Assembly (NCBI RefSeq): GCF_001447785.1
Contig: NW_015171504.1
Location: 364,655 to 428,654 of the forward strand
Source: Gekko japonicus
Lineage: Eukaryota
Reading direction: 5' to 3'
DNA: 64,000 bases
Shown here piece by piece: positions 1 through 11,536 of the stretch (its first letter is position 1; each line of letters opens with the position of its first letter). The notes beneath the pieces are model-generated. The model saw only the letters and a program-made list of their open reading frames with translations. It ran no database searches and was not told the DNA's origin. The translations under genes were made by a program, and so were the position numbers.

Positions 1-530
1 GGTACGGTGAGCACCAGCCGATCCCATTAGTTGGGAATAAAGGAGTCGGTGAGTACAGTCTTTGTGCCTTGCGGTACGGGGCGGGGAAAACTGACTGCCT
101 TCAGGAACGCCCCGATTGAGTCAGCTCTTTGAGCCTAGCGGCTCGGGGGGTGGGGCTGAGGGGAAAGGAGTCGGTGAGTACAGTCTTTGTGCCTTGCGGT
201 ACGGGGCGGGGAAAACTGACTGCCTTCAGGAACGCCCCGATTGAGTCAGCTCTTTGAGCCTAGCGGCTCGGGGGTTGGGTCTGAGGGGTGGTCCTGTAAT
301 GGCTAGCCGGCCGGGCGGAAGCCATTGCTGATGGCTAACGCTCGGGGCAGGGTGGCTCGCCCAATGTCATGAGATAAGGGAGGGGTCACGGACCTCTGGC
401 CTTGTCCATACCGCTAAACTGTCTTGCCCTTGCCGTGGTTTGGTTTGGTTAAAGTTGTTATGTTAATAAAGTGGCCCAATAGTTAATACCAACACTGGTG
501 TCTGACTCGTTATTCCGACTTGGGGGGCAA
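1..530 (+). mobile_element. Terminal-repeat (LTR-like) end of a retroelement, possibly DIRS/Ngaro type; runs off the window start
   Basis: CpG-rich. AATAAA at ~465 is followed ~60 nt later by GGGGGGCAA. The same terminal layout recurs at 48630-48684. The family assignment is inference. Confidence 0.45.
39..288. repeat. Tandem duplication, 2 x 125 bp
   Basis: AAAGGAGTCGGTGAGTACAGTC... starts at 39 and again at 164; the copies are nearly identical. Confidence 0.95.
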
Positions 531-559
531 AAAACCCTCAATCACCTTTTACATGACTG

Positions 560-756
560 ATTCATTTTCATTTTCATAGTTATTCTGATATAATGGACTG
601 TTAAACTTTTTATTCTTTAACATTTTAATGGTTTTAAGGTTATATGTCTAAATATATATTTTTGGACTGAAAGTTAATCTGTTTGTATTTAATGAATATG
701 TATTATTTTGACAAATGGTCTTTGACCGTAAATAAATATAATTCATTCATTCATTC
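560..756 (+). mobile_element. 3' end of a non-LTR retrotransposon (AT-rich 3'UTR with (ATTC)n tail)
   Basis: GGTCTTTGACC mini-hairpin, then AATAAA, then an (ATTC)n tail. Confidence 0.4.
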
Positions 757-1058
757 TCTGTTTGTGTCCTTGCAATAAATAGCGAGGATTAGGAAATGTC
801 ATCACGTAAAGGACATGTAAACAGAATGGAAAGAGTTTTTGAAAAATCAATTCCACTTTCCAAAATGTGTACTTACACACTGGTGCTCTTGATGCTACCA
901 TCTATATGTGTTTTCTTGCATGAAGAGTACAGCTGGGCAGTTACCCTAAACTTGACTTCAGGGTTTACAGCTTCAATGGAAGGCTGTTGTCTGCCAAGGT
1001 TCTGGCTTAAAATCTTACGATGAACTGGTAAAAGGATGCCCTGTTCATCATTAACCAC

Positions 1059-1640
1059 CATAGAATCATAGAGTTGGAAGGTTCATCTAGACCAACCCCC
1101 TGTACAATGCAGGAAATTCACAAAAACCTCATAAGAACATAAGGGAAGCCAATGTTGGATCAGGCCAATGGCCCATCCAGTCCAACACCATGTCACACAG
1201 TGGCCAAAAATACCAGGTGCCATCAGGAGGTCCAGCAGATGGGCCAGGACACTAGAAGCCCTCCCACTGTTGCCCCCCCCCAAAGCACCAAGAATACAGT
1301 TAATAATTTGTCCCAGACTGAAAGTTCCTATCTATACCTTGTGGCTAATAGCCACTGATGGACCTCTGCCCCGTATGTTTATCTAATTCCCTTTTGAAGC
1401 CGTCCATGCTTGTAGCCACCACCATCTCCTGTGGCAGTGAATTCCATGTGTTAATCACTCTTTGGGTGAAGAAGTACTTCCTTTTAACTGTTCTAACCCG
1501 ACTGCTCAGCTATTTCATTGAGTGCCTATGAGCCCCCTCCACCCCCACAGTGACCACCACTGTTCCACGCCCAGAAGATGACAAAAAATCTCCAGGATTG
1601 CTTCCTTCCTGACCCCAAAGTGGGTCAGAATAGCATACAA
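1059..1640 (-). mobile_element. CR1 LINE 3' end (CATAGAAT-tail family), split by a second CR1
   Basis: 1059-1128 and ~1530-1600 match contiguous sequence in the CR1 at 61792-61925. Confidence 0.8.
1130..1530 (-). mobile_element. CR1 LINE 3' fragment (CATAAGAA-tail family), nested
   Basis: CATAAGAACATAAG tail. Reverse-complement match to the plus-strand CR1 3' end at 25882-26040. Confidence 0.8.
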
Positions 1641-1869
1641 GGTTCTTCCTCCTTTTTGTTCTCACAACAGTCCTAAGCCGTACTATCACAGTCCTGATCC
1701 GTGCCTTTCTCCATGGAGGCACATATATAACAAAAACACATATATTTATGTAGTTTGTAAGCATGACCAACTCTAGCCTGATAGTTGACAGCATTACCAG
1801 AGCATTATACCTAATGGATACTGTGTTGGTTCTTCAGTATGTCAAACTAAAAGACAATAGCATTTAAAC

Positions 1870-3694
1870 CAGGGGTGGCCAAACTGCAGCTTGGGAGCTG
1901 CATGTGGCTCTTTCAAGCAGTCTTTAAAAAAAAATTATAATGTTTATTGAAAAACAAAATTTCAGCTTACATATATACCAATCCATACAAACAGTTAAAC
2001 CTATTAAGCAACATAGTGCCATGAGTTCAGATACAATTACAATAGTGTATGCAACTAAAACAATGACAGTGAGTACAACTAGAACAATTGGAAATCCTTA
2101 TCAGAATCATCACCTTATATCATTAATTTATGGCATCACAAAATTGAAAAGAAGAAAAGAGAAGAAAGGATTACTCAGACCTAAGAATATATCCTCAGAT
2201 ATGTAGCCATTCTGTATAGCTGGGATGTATTGGTAGTATGTCATTTTCTGCAAAATATGCTGACAGCGAGAACCACTTGCAAACGAATCTAGAGTGGGAC
2301 CCCATGTTTCCTTTTGTGTGTGCATCATAAGTATCTGCCACTTTGTCCATGACATAGTGATCCCAACACTTATCATGCCATTGAGAAATGGATGGGTGAT
2401 CAGGATTTTTCCAGGAGGCAGCAATGGAGAGCCGCACTATGGCTATTAGTGTGGCGGCTAGCGTGGAAATCTTCACTTCTTGGTCATTAATGGTGTGCGT
2501 TGAGTTAACTAGCAGTATAGCCGGGTCCAATGGAATGTCTTCTGATGTTATTTTATTTATTTCTCCCAAAATTTGGAACCAGAACGTTTGTAGAACTGAG
2601 CAAGACCCACAACCTTTCCAACACTTAGAGCTATTATGTGAATGCATGTGTTGCAGCCTAGCTGGGTGCCATTGAGAAATGGATGGGGGATCAGGATTTT
2701 TCCAGGAGGCAGCAATGGAGAGCCATGCTGTGGCTATTAGTGTGGCGGCCAGCTCGGAAATCTTCACTTCTTGGTCATTAATGGTGTGCGTCGAGTTAAC
2801 TAGCAGTATAGCCAGGTCTAATGGAATGTCTTCTGATGTTATTTTATTTATTTCTCCCAGAATTTGGGACCAGAACATTTGTATAACTGAGCAAGACGAC
2901 AAGCAATGATAAAAGTCGCTGGTGGACCCCCAACCTTTCCAACACTTATGACATGTGTTGCAGCCTAGCTGGGGAGAGATACCATCTGGTTATAGTTTTG
3001 AAAAATTGTAATCTTATATTGAAGATCCTCGATTTGTTAGGGTGGGAGCTCCAGATGCTAGACCATTTCTGTATGCATAGTTTTCTCTTGGGTAGGATCT
3101 TGCTTTTTTCTGTATCCCATATGCTCTTATAGAGAAGTGAGAGCAGGCCTTTTGACCCAAACGACCATTTGCTGAGAAGTAACTAAAAGTTTGTTTTGGG
3201 CCATGTGAAGGAGCCCATTTCCTTCATTCGATCTATAAGACTCCTGATTTGATAATATTTTAACCAAGAAAACAGTGGCTTGCATTCTATCCTCAAGTTG
3301 TGTTTTTGACAGAATCTTTCCTTTGTTAGTTAAGTCCTGTAGGTTTCTCAATCCAGATGCTGTCCACAATGCAAAAGCACCCACTTCCAACCCTGGTGGG
3401 AACCATGGTTGAAAAGTATAAGTGGAGAGGGGAGAATTTTTTTTTTTGGGGGGGGGGGCTAACAGTTTTTTCTTCAAGTCCCAAATTCTAATGTTTGAGG
3501 TCAGGAAGGAATTATTTCTTAAGTTGACTGGTCTGCTTTTCAAGCAGTCTAATTTAATGTTAATAAAAAGCAAATTTGGATATTTTTTCAATTTAAAAAA
3601 AGGTGTGTGTGATATTTGTTCATGTCTTGCAGCTCTCAAACATCTGACATTTATTCTGTGTGGCTGTTACATTAAGCAAGTTTGGCCACCCCTG
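1870..3694. mobile_element. hAT-type MITE interrupted by an L1
   Basis: TIRs CAGGGGTGGCCAAAC / GTTTGGCCACCCCTG. Degenerate 8-bp TSD ATTTAAAC/ATCAAAAC. Confidence 0.75.
1924..3537 (-). mobile_element. 5'-truncated L1-clade LINE (ORF2 C-terminus and 3'UTR), degenerate
   Basis: ORF 2195-2902 has CWKGCG...C...FW and SWK..PS..QW motifs shared with the C-terminus of the ORF2 at 31586-35290. TSD TTTCAAGCAGTCT at 1911-1923 and 3538-3550. Confidence 0.88.
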
Positions 3695-4117
3695 ATCAAA
3701 ACCCTGGCTATCTAAAACCATACACTACGGTCCCTAGTGAACTCCCTGCCTAGTCCAGGATACCTCTTATCCTGTCTCCCTTCAAAAAACCCTTCTCCCG
3801 TTTTTTTGTTGGTGGTTGACAATTAAACTCCCCTCAGTTTTTTCCCCCTCCCTGACTTCAGTATTCCATTCAGACAGGCCGAATTTGATTGCTCCACACT
3901 GATGGGTACAAAAGAAAGAGGAAACTCCTGTCAATCACACGTACCTTATGCAGAGATAAAGTGACTGTCCCAATGTTGCCATCTCAGCTTCATGCAAAAG
4001 TAGGGATGTGAACTCTGGTCCCCCTGCACCACATTTGTAAGGGGGTTCATGATATAATTTTCATATAAATAACTTTTGTTTGTGCACCTACAAAGCAGCT
4101 GAATTGGGTTCCTTCTC

Positions 4118-4640
4118 TGAGAGCCAGCATGGTGCAGTAATTAAGAGCAGCAGACTCTAATCCGAACCGATTTCCCACAAGTTGCGGCTCCATGCTTCCT
4201 CTTCCCTTTGCCCCAAACATATGTGTCAATTTCACACCATGCAATGCGTGGCCATATTTTGCCGTGCAGCTTCGCCCGATTTCCCCTACGTCTACTCAAA
4301 AAACAGGATTGAGTAGACGTGGGCGAAGCTGCGGGGCAAAATGCGGCCACGCAGCACATGTTGTGAAATTGACAGGTATGATCGAGGCAAAGGGAAGAGC
4401 AAGCACGTAGCAGCAACTTGTGGGAAATCGGTCTTATCTGGAGAACCGGATTTGATTCCCCACACCCCACATGAAGCCTGCTGGGTGACCTTGGGCCTTT
4501 CACAGTTCTCTCAGAACTCTCTCAGCCCCACCTACCTCACAAAGTGCCTGTTGTGGGGAGAGGAAGGGAAGGAAATTGCAAGCCACTTTGAGACTCCTTA
4601 GGGCAGAGAAAAGTGGGGGTACAAAAACCAACTATTCTTC
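4118..4640 (+). mobile_element. tRNA-derived CORE-type SINE (Squam3-like) with a nested MITE
   Basis: GAGAGCCAGCATGGTGCAGT head and a B-box-like GGATTTGATTCCC, followed by the GGGTGACCTTGGGC core and a CTTCT tail. Confidence 0.8.
4166..4433. mobile_element. Foldback (fully palindromic) MITE, probably PIF/Harbinger
   Basis: ACCGATTTCCCACAAGTTGC / GCAACTTGTGGGAAATCGGT termini. The inverted repeat extends to the centre (ACGTCTACTCAA / TTGAGTAGACGT). TTA flanks the right end. Confidence 0.85.
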
Positions 4641-4939
4641 TGTTGAATACTGAATGAACATGCATAGAATCTCATTTTATATTCTGAGCCAGACTTTGGG
4701 GGAAAGTCACTCAATTTATCAAACAACCAAGCGAATTGGACACATTTGTATTCTAAGACAGATAATTATGAACTTTAGTGACATCACTAATTATCTCTGC
4801 ATAGGAAAAAATGTAATCTGTGAAGTGACCCTGAATTTGGGATTTCACACATGCAAAGCACTGAGCTGGAGTTTCTATCCCTGCTTCTGCGAGCTCCCAC
4901 TTTGTCCTCTCTCTTCTTATTTTCTGCTATTCCTGTCTT

Positions 4940-5463
4940 CTCTCAGTTTGGGGTTAACTGTGTGGACTCTAATCTGAGAGAACTGGGTTTGATTCCCCAC
5001 TCCTCCACTTGCAGCTGCTGGATGACCCTGGGCAAGTCATAGTTCCGTCAGAACTGTCCTTGAAAGAGCAGTTCTCTCAGAGCTCTCTCATGCCCACCTA
5101 CCTGTTGTGGGGAGGGGAAGGGAAAGGAGTTTGTAATTGTTTATTTATTATTATTTGTATCCCGCAAGCGGACACTGGGTGGGTAACATCATAAAAACAA
5201 TAAAATAAATACAATTAAAATTAAACAATTCAGACAATTTGAACAATAATAAACATTAAAACACAGTCACACTTCTGACAAGTCAGCTGGCTGTGGGGAT
5301 TCCCTAGCATATTATTTGGGTTAATAGGTGGGTGAGTGACAACCACCTCAGGGAGGCCATATAGAGACATCCACTGCCTCAACCAAAGGCCTGGTGGAAC
5401 GGCTCTGAGACTCCAAGTGAAGGGTGGGGTATAAGTCCAATATCATCATCTTCTTCTTCTTCT
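4940..5463 (+). mobile_element. Squam3-like SINE interrupted by an L2 3' fragment (~5139-5405, minus strand)
   Basis: The SINE body breaks at TTTGTAA and resumes at TGAGACTCC. The insert has a TTTA tail and the L2 end motif CCTCAACCAAAGGCCTGG. Confidence 0.7.
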
Positions 5464-6184
5464 AAACAAAAAGGCACCAGGCCTCATATCAGTAGGTGCC
5501 ATGATAAGAATTGCTGCTTTACATGTGGCTATGCATCTTCATGTAAACTACATAGCCTGAACACTAAACCTTAGTAGCCGCTTGATGCTTGCAGCCCTCT
5601 GTACATGACCTGTATGCAAGCTAAAGCAACATATGTAAAGGGGAAGTAGGAACACGTGCACTGGCCCCACCACCTGCTCATAAACTCCTGAACTAGATCA
5701 ATGATATAAAGGTCAAGCTTAAGTTTTCGGTTTCACGTAAAAAACAAACAAACCCTGGTTGATGAGGCTACTATTCTTGAAGCTTAATTTGAAGATTAAG
5801 TGACATCTCTAGGGACACACAGAGGGATTCTATTGTATTAGAAAGGTAGTTCAAGATTGCAGTGTGGAGAAAGAACTGGGGGCTACCTGGGCAATTAAGA
5901 GAGTGACAGTTGTAGGGATAAAACTCCATTAAAGTTAATATTTTTATTCTATAACTGATGGCTTGTAGTAGTATCAGCAAAGGCTCTAAGTGCTTTCTGA
6001 TGGGTGGCTATGCACATTTTAAAATAAATAATAGAAATCATATGATGGATGATTCCAAAAAGACAGATAGTGCAAGCTTCCCATTAGATCCAGAAAGCAC
6101 TTCCTGTTGGTCACGTTACTTATGATGCTTGAAAATAACTCTAATTAATCTCAGGTGTAATGTGATATATAATTCTTTGTGCAG

Positions 6185-6397
6185 GTTGCAACAGTTAGAA
6201 TATCATTTGTCAAACAAGTGAGACAGGTGAGGGAAAATCTGCAAATTGTAGTAAGAAGAAATTCAGTGACTGATCTCAAGAGACAGGATTTTAAGAGTCT
6301 GATGAATTCACAGCTAACAACAGCCCAAATCTTTGGTGACCTTAATATAATACCAGATAGCTCATCCATACCACAAATGAAGATGCCAAACACAAAG
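6185..6397 (+). CDS. Candidate internal coding exon (71 codons, VATVRISF...QMKMPNTK), unknown gene
   Basis: ttctttgtgcag acceptor and AAG|gttagg donor. 213 bp, open only in phase 0, in non-repeat sequence. The protein is not recognised. Confidence 0.3.
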
Positions 6398-6994
6398 GTT
6401 AGGTTGAACTGGGTTTATTAGAAATAGTTTAGCTGCCCCTTAAAAACTCTTCCTACCCTCCATGCAGATTACCCTGTGCACTGGACTGATGTATGGCTTG
6501 CCAGCATTATGACCATCATGGCTAATCCTGTCTCAAGGCTCTGATTGGCAATGCTCTTCTCCTCATCAGAGTTATGCTGAGAGATGCTGAGCTTCCTCTC
6601 GTCCTTCCACCCGAAGGACAACCCTGTGGTTCATGGAATCCCAACCGTGCGGGTGTTTGTTCTCCTAACTCTGCCAACTTTCCAATTCCCAGCCATGAGA
6701 GACTGGACTATGAAACCTTCCTCCATATTTTGATGCTTCAGCATGCTAGCCAACTTTTCTTAACTTACATTCAAAATCCGGCATTATTCCTGCCACCAGG
6801 GAGGTTTGGCTTCCCTTAATACCCCATGTCTACAATATAGACATGCAGGCTCTTTTATAGATCACAAAAATAAATTGCATCCTGTCAGGGAAATGTAAAC
6901 TCCATAATCCCATAATAAATGTGGGTAGTAAATGTGGTAAATTTGATGTCTGCGTGTGGAATTATGACAGGCACATCTGCAGCCACTCAGGTCT

Positions 6995-7881
6995 TACTTT
7001 TTTTCTTTAGCATGTCTAACTTTGCAAACTAACCATTTTCACTCCACCATCATCTAAATCCAGTCCATCTGATCTTATGTTGTACATATAGATTGAATGG
7101 ATGGAAATAAAATACATCCTTGTCTAACACCTTTGCTAATTGGAAACCATTTTGTTTCTTCATATTCTTTCCTAACAGTAGCTTCTTGTCCATACAGGTT
7201 GTGCTTCAAAACTTTCAGATGTTGTGGCACACCCGTTTCTTTTTTAAAAAACCATAGATTTTTTTAAATGATCCATACAGTAAAAACCTTTGCTATAAAA
7301 CACAAACTGATTTTCTTCTGAAATTCTTTCATATGCTCCAGTAACGATTGTAAATTTGCAGTATGATCTCTAGCACTTCTTCCTTTTCCGAATGCAGCTT
7401 GAACATATGTCATTTCTCATTCCATATTGGTAACAGTCTTTGTTGTAAGATTTTGAGCATCACTTTACTCATAAGAGAAGTTAATGCAATGGCCTGATAG
7501 TTGCTGCAGTCTTTGATGTCTCCTTTTTTTTGGAACTGGGATGTAAATTGAGTGTTTCCAGTCTATGGGCCCTTTTTTGTTTTCTACGTGTAGTAGCATA
7601 TTCTTATCACGATTTTGTTGGGCTCCATTTCTGTAGCTTGGAATAGGTCTATTGATATCCAATTTACTCCTGGTGATTTATTTCTCCCAATCACTCTCAT
7701 TGCACCTTTCACTTCACTTTCTAAAACTGTAGGTTCTTCTTCAAAAGTTTCTTCTTTGTAGGAATCTTGAGATCCTCCCATCTCTTCTGTATAGTTCTTT
7801 TAGGGACAATAATTAAACGGCAGAAGAAGAATATCTAGTAAGGCATTATTTTCTGCTCAAGGCTATAGCTGTATGAGCAAT

Positions 7882-7928
<47 letters not shown>

Positions 7929-8630
7929 GGATGATAGATAGATAGATGGATGATAGATAGATAGATAGATAGTTATTCAGTGTATTGTTCTCATTTTTCT
8001 TTATTTTGTCTTCTTCAGTTAATGCATTCTATGTTGATCTTTTGACATGCTTAACCATGCTTTAAATTCCCCTTTGATTTCTTGGACCTTGTTATTCCTT
8101 TTTTGCTGCTTTTTTCTGTTTCTTTGTACTGGTTATTATAATATTTCTCTTTGTCCCTATATGCAAGTCACTAGAACACTGCATTTAAACTTCTGATTCT
8201 ATTTATGTTGCCTTGTACTTTTGCTTCTCCTTTATCTCTAGCAATTTTAAGAGTTTCATCAGCCATCCATTGAGGCTTTTCATTTATTTTGGCTACAGGA
8301 ATAGTCTTTGTGCATTCTTCCTTGATAATATCTCTGATTTCAACCCATAGTTTGTCTGACTCATGTTCACTTGATCTACTTAATAATGCAAATCTGTTCT
8401 TTACATCATCTTCAAATTCTTCAGGAATGTTTCATTTATATGTTGGTATTATGAATGTTTTGGTGAAGAGCTGAAGCTAAAATGCTTTATTCCAATTTTT
8501 TATATTAACAGTTTATGGTCTATACCACAATCAGCTCCAGGTCTTGTTTTAGCAGAAAGACTAGAGCTTCTCAATTTTCTGCTTCTAATTATGTAATCTA
8601 TTTGATTTCTATATTGGCCATCTGGCCATT
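6995..8630 (-). mobile_element. Old RTE/BovB-like LINE fragment (EN end to RT), degenerate
   Basis: Translated pieces EEEPTVLESEVK...NKSPGV and DWKHSIYIPVPKK, with many stops and frameshifts. Confidence 0.8.
7882..7972. repeat. (GATA)n microsatellite
   Basis: Seen directly in the sequence. Confidence 0.97.
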
Positions 8631-9230
8631 CATTTTAGATTGTCTCACCATAGGGTTTTTAAGGTAAGAGATTATCAGAAGTCATTCACCATTGCCTTCT
8701 TCTGTGCAGTACTAACCAGGGTTAGCTGAAGTAGCATTGCTGTTGTCTATGAAATGTCAGGTGATCAATGGTATACTCAACTGCAATTTTAGTCTGGGGT
8801 AAAATCCTCAGTTGGTTGGGTAATGGTCCTTAAAATCATGGATCTCCCCCCCCCCCCCAGGGAATGATAAAAAAGTGTAATCTATAAAATGTAGCTCACC
8901 TCTAAAATGCTGCCAAGGGAATTTCTGTAAATATAATTTCATTTTTAAAATGTATACCCTGATTTTCTACCTACAAGCCTCCCAAGCAGCTAGATGGCAT
9001 AACTCCTAAGAGAAAAAGTAAAGCAGCTACAATCTCTACTTATATATAATTGTGTTTTGGTGGTGGCACTTTGTGAACATTCCACACACTCCCAAATCAG
9101 TTGGCTCTGTGATGTGTCACTCAGAAGCTGTCCCTATCCACTGGCTGCATTGCCTGAGTCTCACCTCCAATATTCTAAACAGTTTGCTATTGCTGTTGGT
9201 AATCATTGAATGTGTCCTGAGGTAAAATAT

Positions 9231-9365
9231 ATATCCCAATCTTCCCTTAAATGGTCACTGGAGTTGCCAAAATACATATACCAATCTTCCCTTAAATGGT
9301 CACTGGAGTTGCCAAAATACATATCCCAATCTTCCCTTAAACCATCACTGCAGTTGCCAATCTTC
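9231..9365. repeat. 45-bp tandem repeat x3
   Basis: ATATCCCAATCTTCCCTTAAATGGTCACTGGAGTTGCCAAAATAC units start at 9231, 9276 and 9321. Confidence 0.9.
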
Positions 9366-9760
9366 CTGTGCGGCTTGGAGATCTCCCTGAAATCACCATG
9401 TTCCCCAGCCACAGCACATCATTTCCCCTACAGAAAATTTCCCAGCTATTACAATGGCTGCTTTGGGCCATGGACTCTATGGCATTATACCCTGATGAAG
9501 TCCCTCTGCACCCCAAACCCTGCCCTCCCCAGTCTCTACCCCTCAAATCTACAGGTCTGGCCCTCCCCTTAGTATTGCCAGCCTAAAGGCAGCACCTGGA
9601 GATCTCCAAGATCAGTTCTCCTGGAGAGAATGGCTGCTTTGGGCCATGGACTCTATGGCATTATACCCTGCTGAAGTCCCTCTGCACCCCAAACCCTGCC
9701 CTCTCCAGGCTCTACTCCTCAAATCTACAGGTATTTCCCAACCCAGAGTTGGCAACCCTG
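9350..9760. mobile_element. Two copies of the GGGTTGCCA...TGGCAACCC MITE family (hAT-like)
   Basis: Duplicated body ATGGCTGCTTTGGGCCATGGACTCTATGGCATT, ending TTGGCAACCCT. The same family occurs at 14900-15122, 46600-47430 and 56175-56385. Confidence 0.7.
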
Positions 9761-10108
9761 TAACTGGCTATGGAACTGCTTTCCAGACCCTTGGAACCAA
9801 GAAGACATGGCATAAGAGGATGTGCTTTTCTACCTTAGCTGCCACTGCATAACCCCAAATCAACATAAGTCAGGGGCAGAGGGAACCATAGCTGTTACCA
9901 TGAGGCTGTCCTCCCATACCACCCACTTGGGCAGCAAAATGACTTGAGACAGCCCTATCATATAGCTAAGCAGAAGGAAATAAACATGACTTGCCTCTCT
10001 CTATTTACCCCTTCCCTCTGCTGCTCCACCAGCCACAGCCAGGACACTCACCTGGAGCTTCCTTCTAGAGCTCATTGTATTTCTTCCCACAACGAGCCTT
10101 ACTCCTAG

Positions 10109-11536
10109 TCCCTCGTATATAAGAATTCTCTTTTAGTCTGGCAACATTCAATGTGTGCCAAAATCAGTTGGGTGCCTGATCTGCCACTCAGAACATCCTG
10201 AAGGTCATTGGCTCCATTGCCTCACTCCTGCCCACAGAAGCAGCACCCATGAAAATTTAGCTCACACTGTGCCCAGCTCCCTCAGAAGACGGACACTCCG
10301 GCCCTGCCGCTGCAACCAGCCCACTCAGAAGATGGAGGCTACGGCCCCGCTGCTTCGCTCTGCTGCTCCACCCTGCCCGGTGCCTATGGGCAGTGCATGC
10401 TTCTGCCTGCCCCTGTCCGCCACCCACTGCTCATTTCTGAGGAGGAACCACACTCAACCTGCCCCGCTACAGACCAGCCAACACTCCAGGTAGCCGCTGA
10501 GTGGCCTACCAGGGTGGTGGGTGGGAGCTGCGGTGCTGTACTGAGGGAGAAGGGGGGAGGCGGAGGGGGGGTTAGTGGCATGGGCCAAATAATTTGAAGC
10601 AGAGCTTTCCAAAGAAGCTTTTTAAAAGACAAGTGGTGGCCTTCTCCAAAGTAAAAAGAAAATCCAAACAGGACTGGAGAAGGAGACACAGGGACTGCGT
10701 GAAGCTGAGCGATTAAAAAAAGGGGGGTCAAAGAAACTCTTAACGTGCAGAATACATTTGGGGTCACTCCGCCCCGGAACCTCCCCCCCACAAGGTTGTG
10801 GTCCAGCTCTTTAAGAACAATGACAAAAGTGGACCAAGGGAGGACTCTCCCCCCCCAGCCTCAGCCCCGGCACCTACCCCCACCCCTCTGCCACTTCACC
10901 AGCAGCCACTCACGCAGCTGAGCAAAGAGCAGACTCCCAAACATGTTCCCATGATGCCGCCAAGACCACCACCGCCTCCCCAACTCCGCCAGACATCACG
11001 GAAAAGAAGGCTACAAAACTTCGCTAACTAAGAGTCAATAAAGACAAGTTGCAAAAACATTTACTGAAGTATTTCTGTAGTTCTGTAAGGAATATCCTTC
11101 TGTCATCACTCACACACTAACGAATACTGTGAACATTCGTTTCACAATTCGTTTCGCAATGTGAACATTCGTTTCACAATATATACTTTATTTGAGTGTG
11201 TAGCAATCCCAATTCTTATCAAATACTACTTATCAACTCTTGCTGGAAACAGTCCGTGTTGACTAATAACAGGACCCAAGGTCTTCACAATGTTGGAGTT
11301 CCACTAGCCAAGGCAGATGGGCAGCAGCAGGCTCACTGTCCCACCCAGAGCAACACCTGCTCTCCCGGCCACAGCAGCGGTCGGCGCAGGATGGCTCCCA
11401 TCCTGCACTGGTCTGGCCATGGTGCTCAGGCAAAGCTGCAGCGGGCGGGGTGCCAACTGCTGCAGCTCGAGGCACTCTCCCACACCCTCCCTCTAGAGCT
11501 CATTTCATTTATTTTTGCAATAGGCCTTATTACTAG
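10109..11536 (+). mobile_element. Non-autonomous Helitron-like element, unit 2 (head-to-tail with unit 1)
   Basis: Starts with TC immediately after the unit-1 CTAG, and its first ~130 bp align with the unit-1 5' end. It ends TCTAGAGCTCATT...CAATAGGCCTTATTACTAG|T, like unit 1. Confidence 0.65.

Larger units (their letters stand above)
9033..10108 (+). mobile_element. Non-autonomous Helitron-like element, unit 1
   Basis: 5' end is A|TCTCTACTTATATATAA. 3' hairpin GCTCATTGT...ACAACGAGC is followed by CTAG (10105-10108). No TSD or TIR. Confidence 0.65.

Noticed and set aside
9231-9365. CRISPR-like or protein-repeat array
   Set aside because: These are plain 45-bp tandem units with no unique spacers, in a eukaryotic context, derived from a MITE end.
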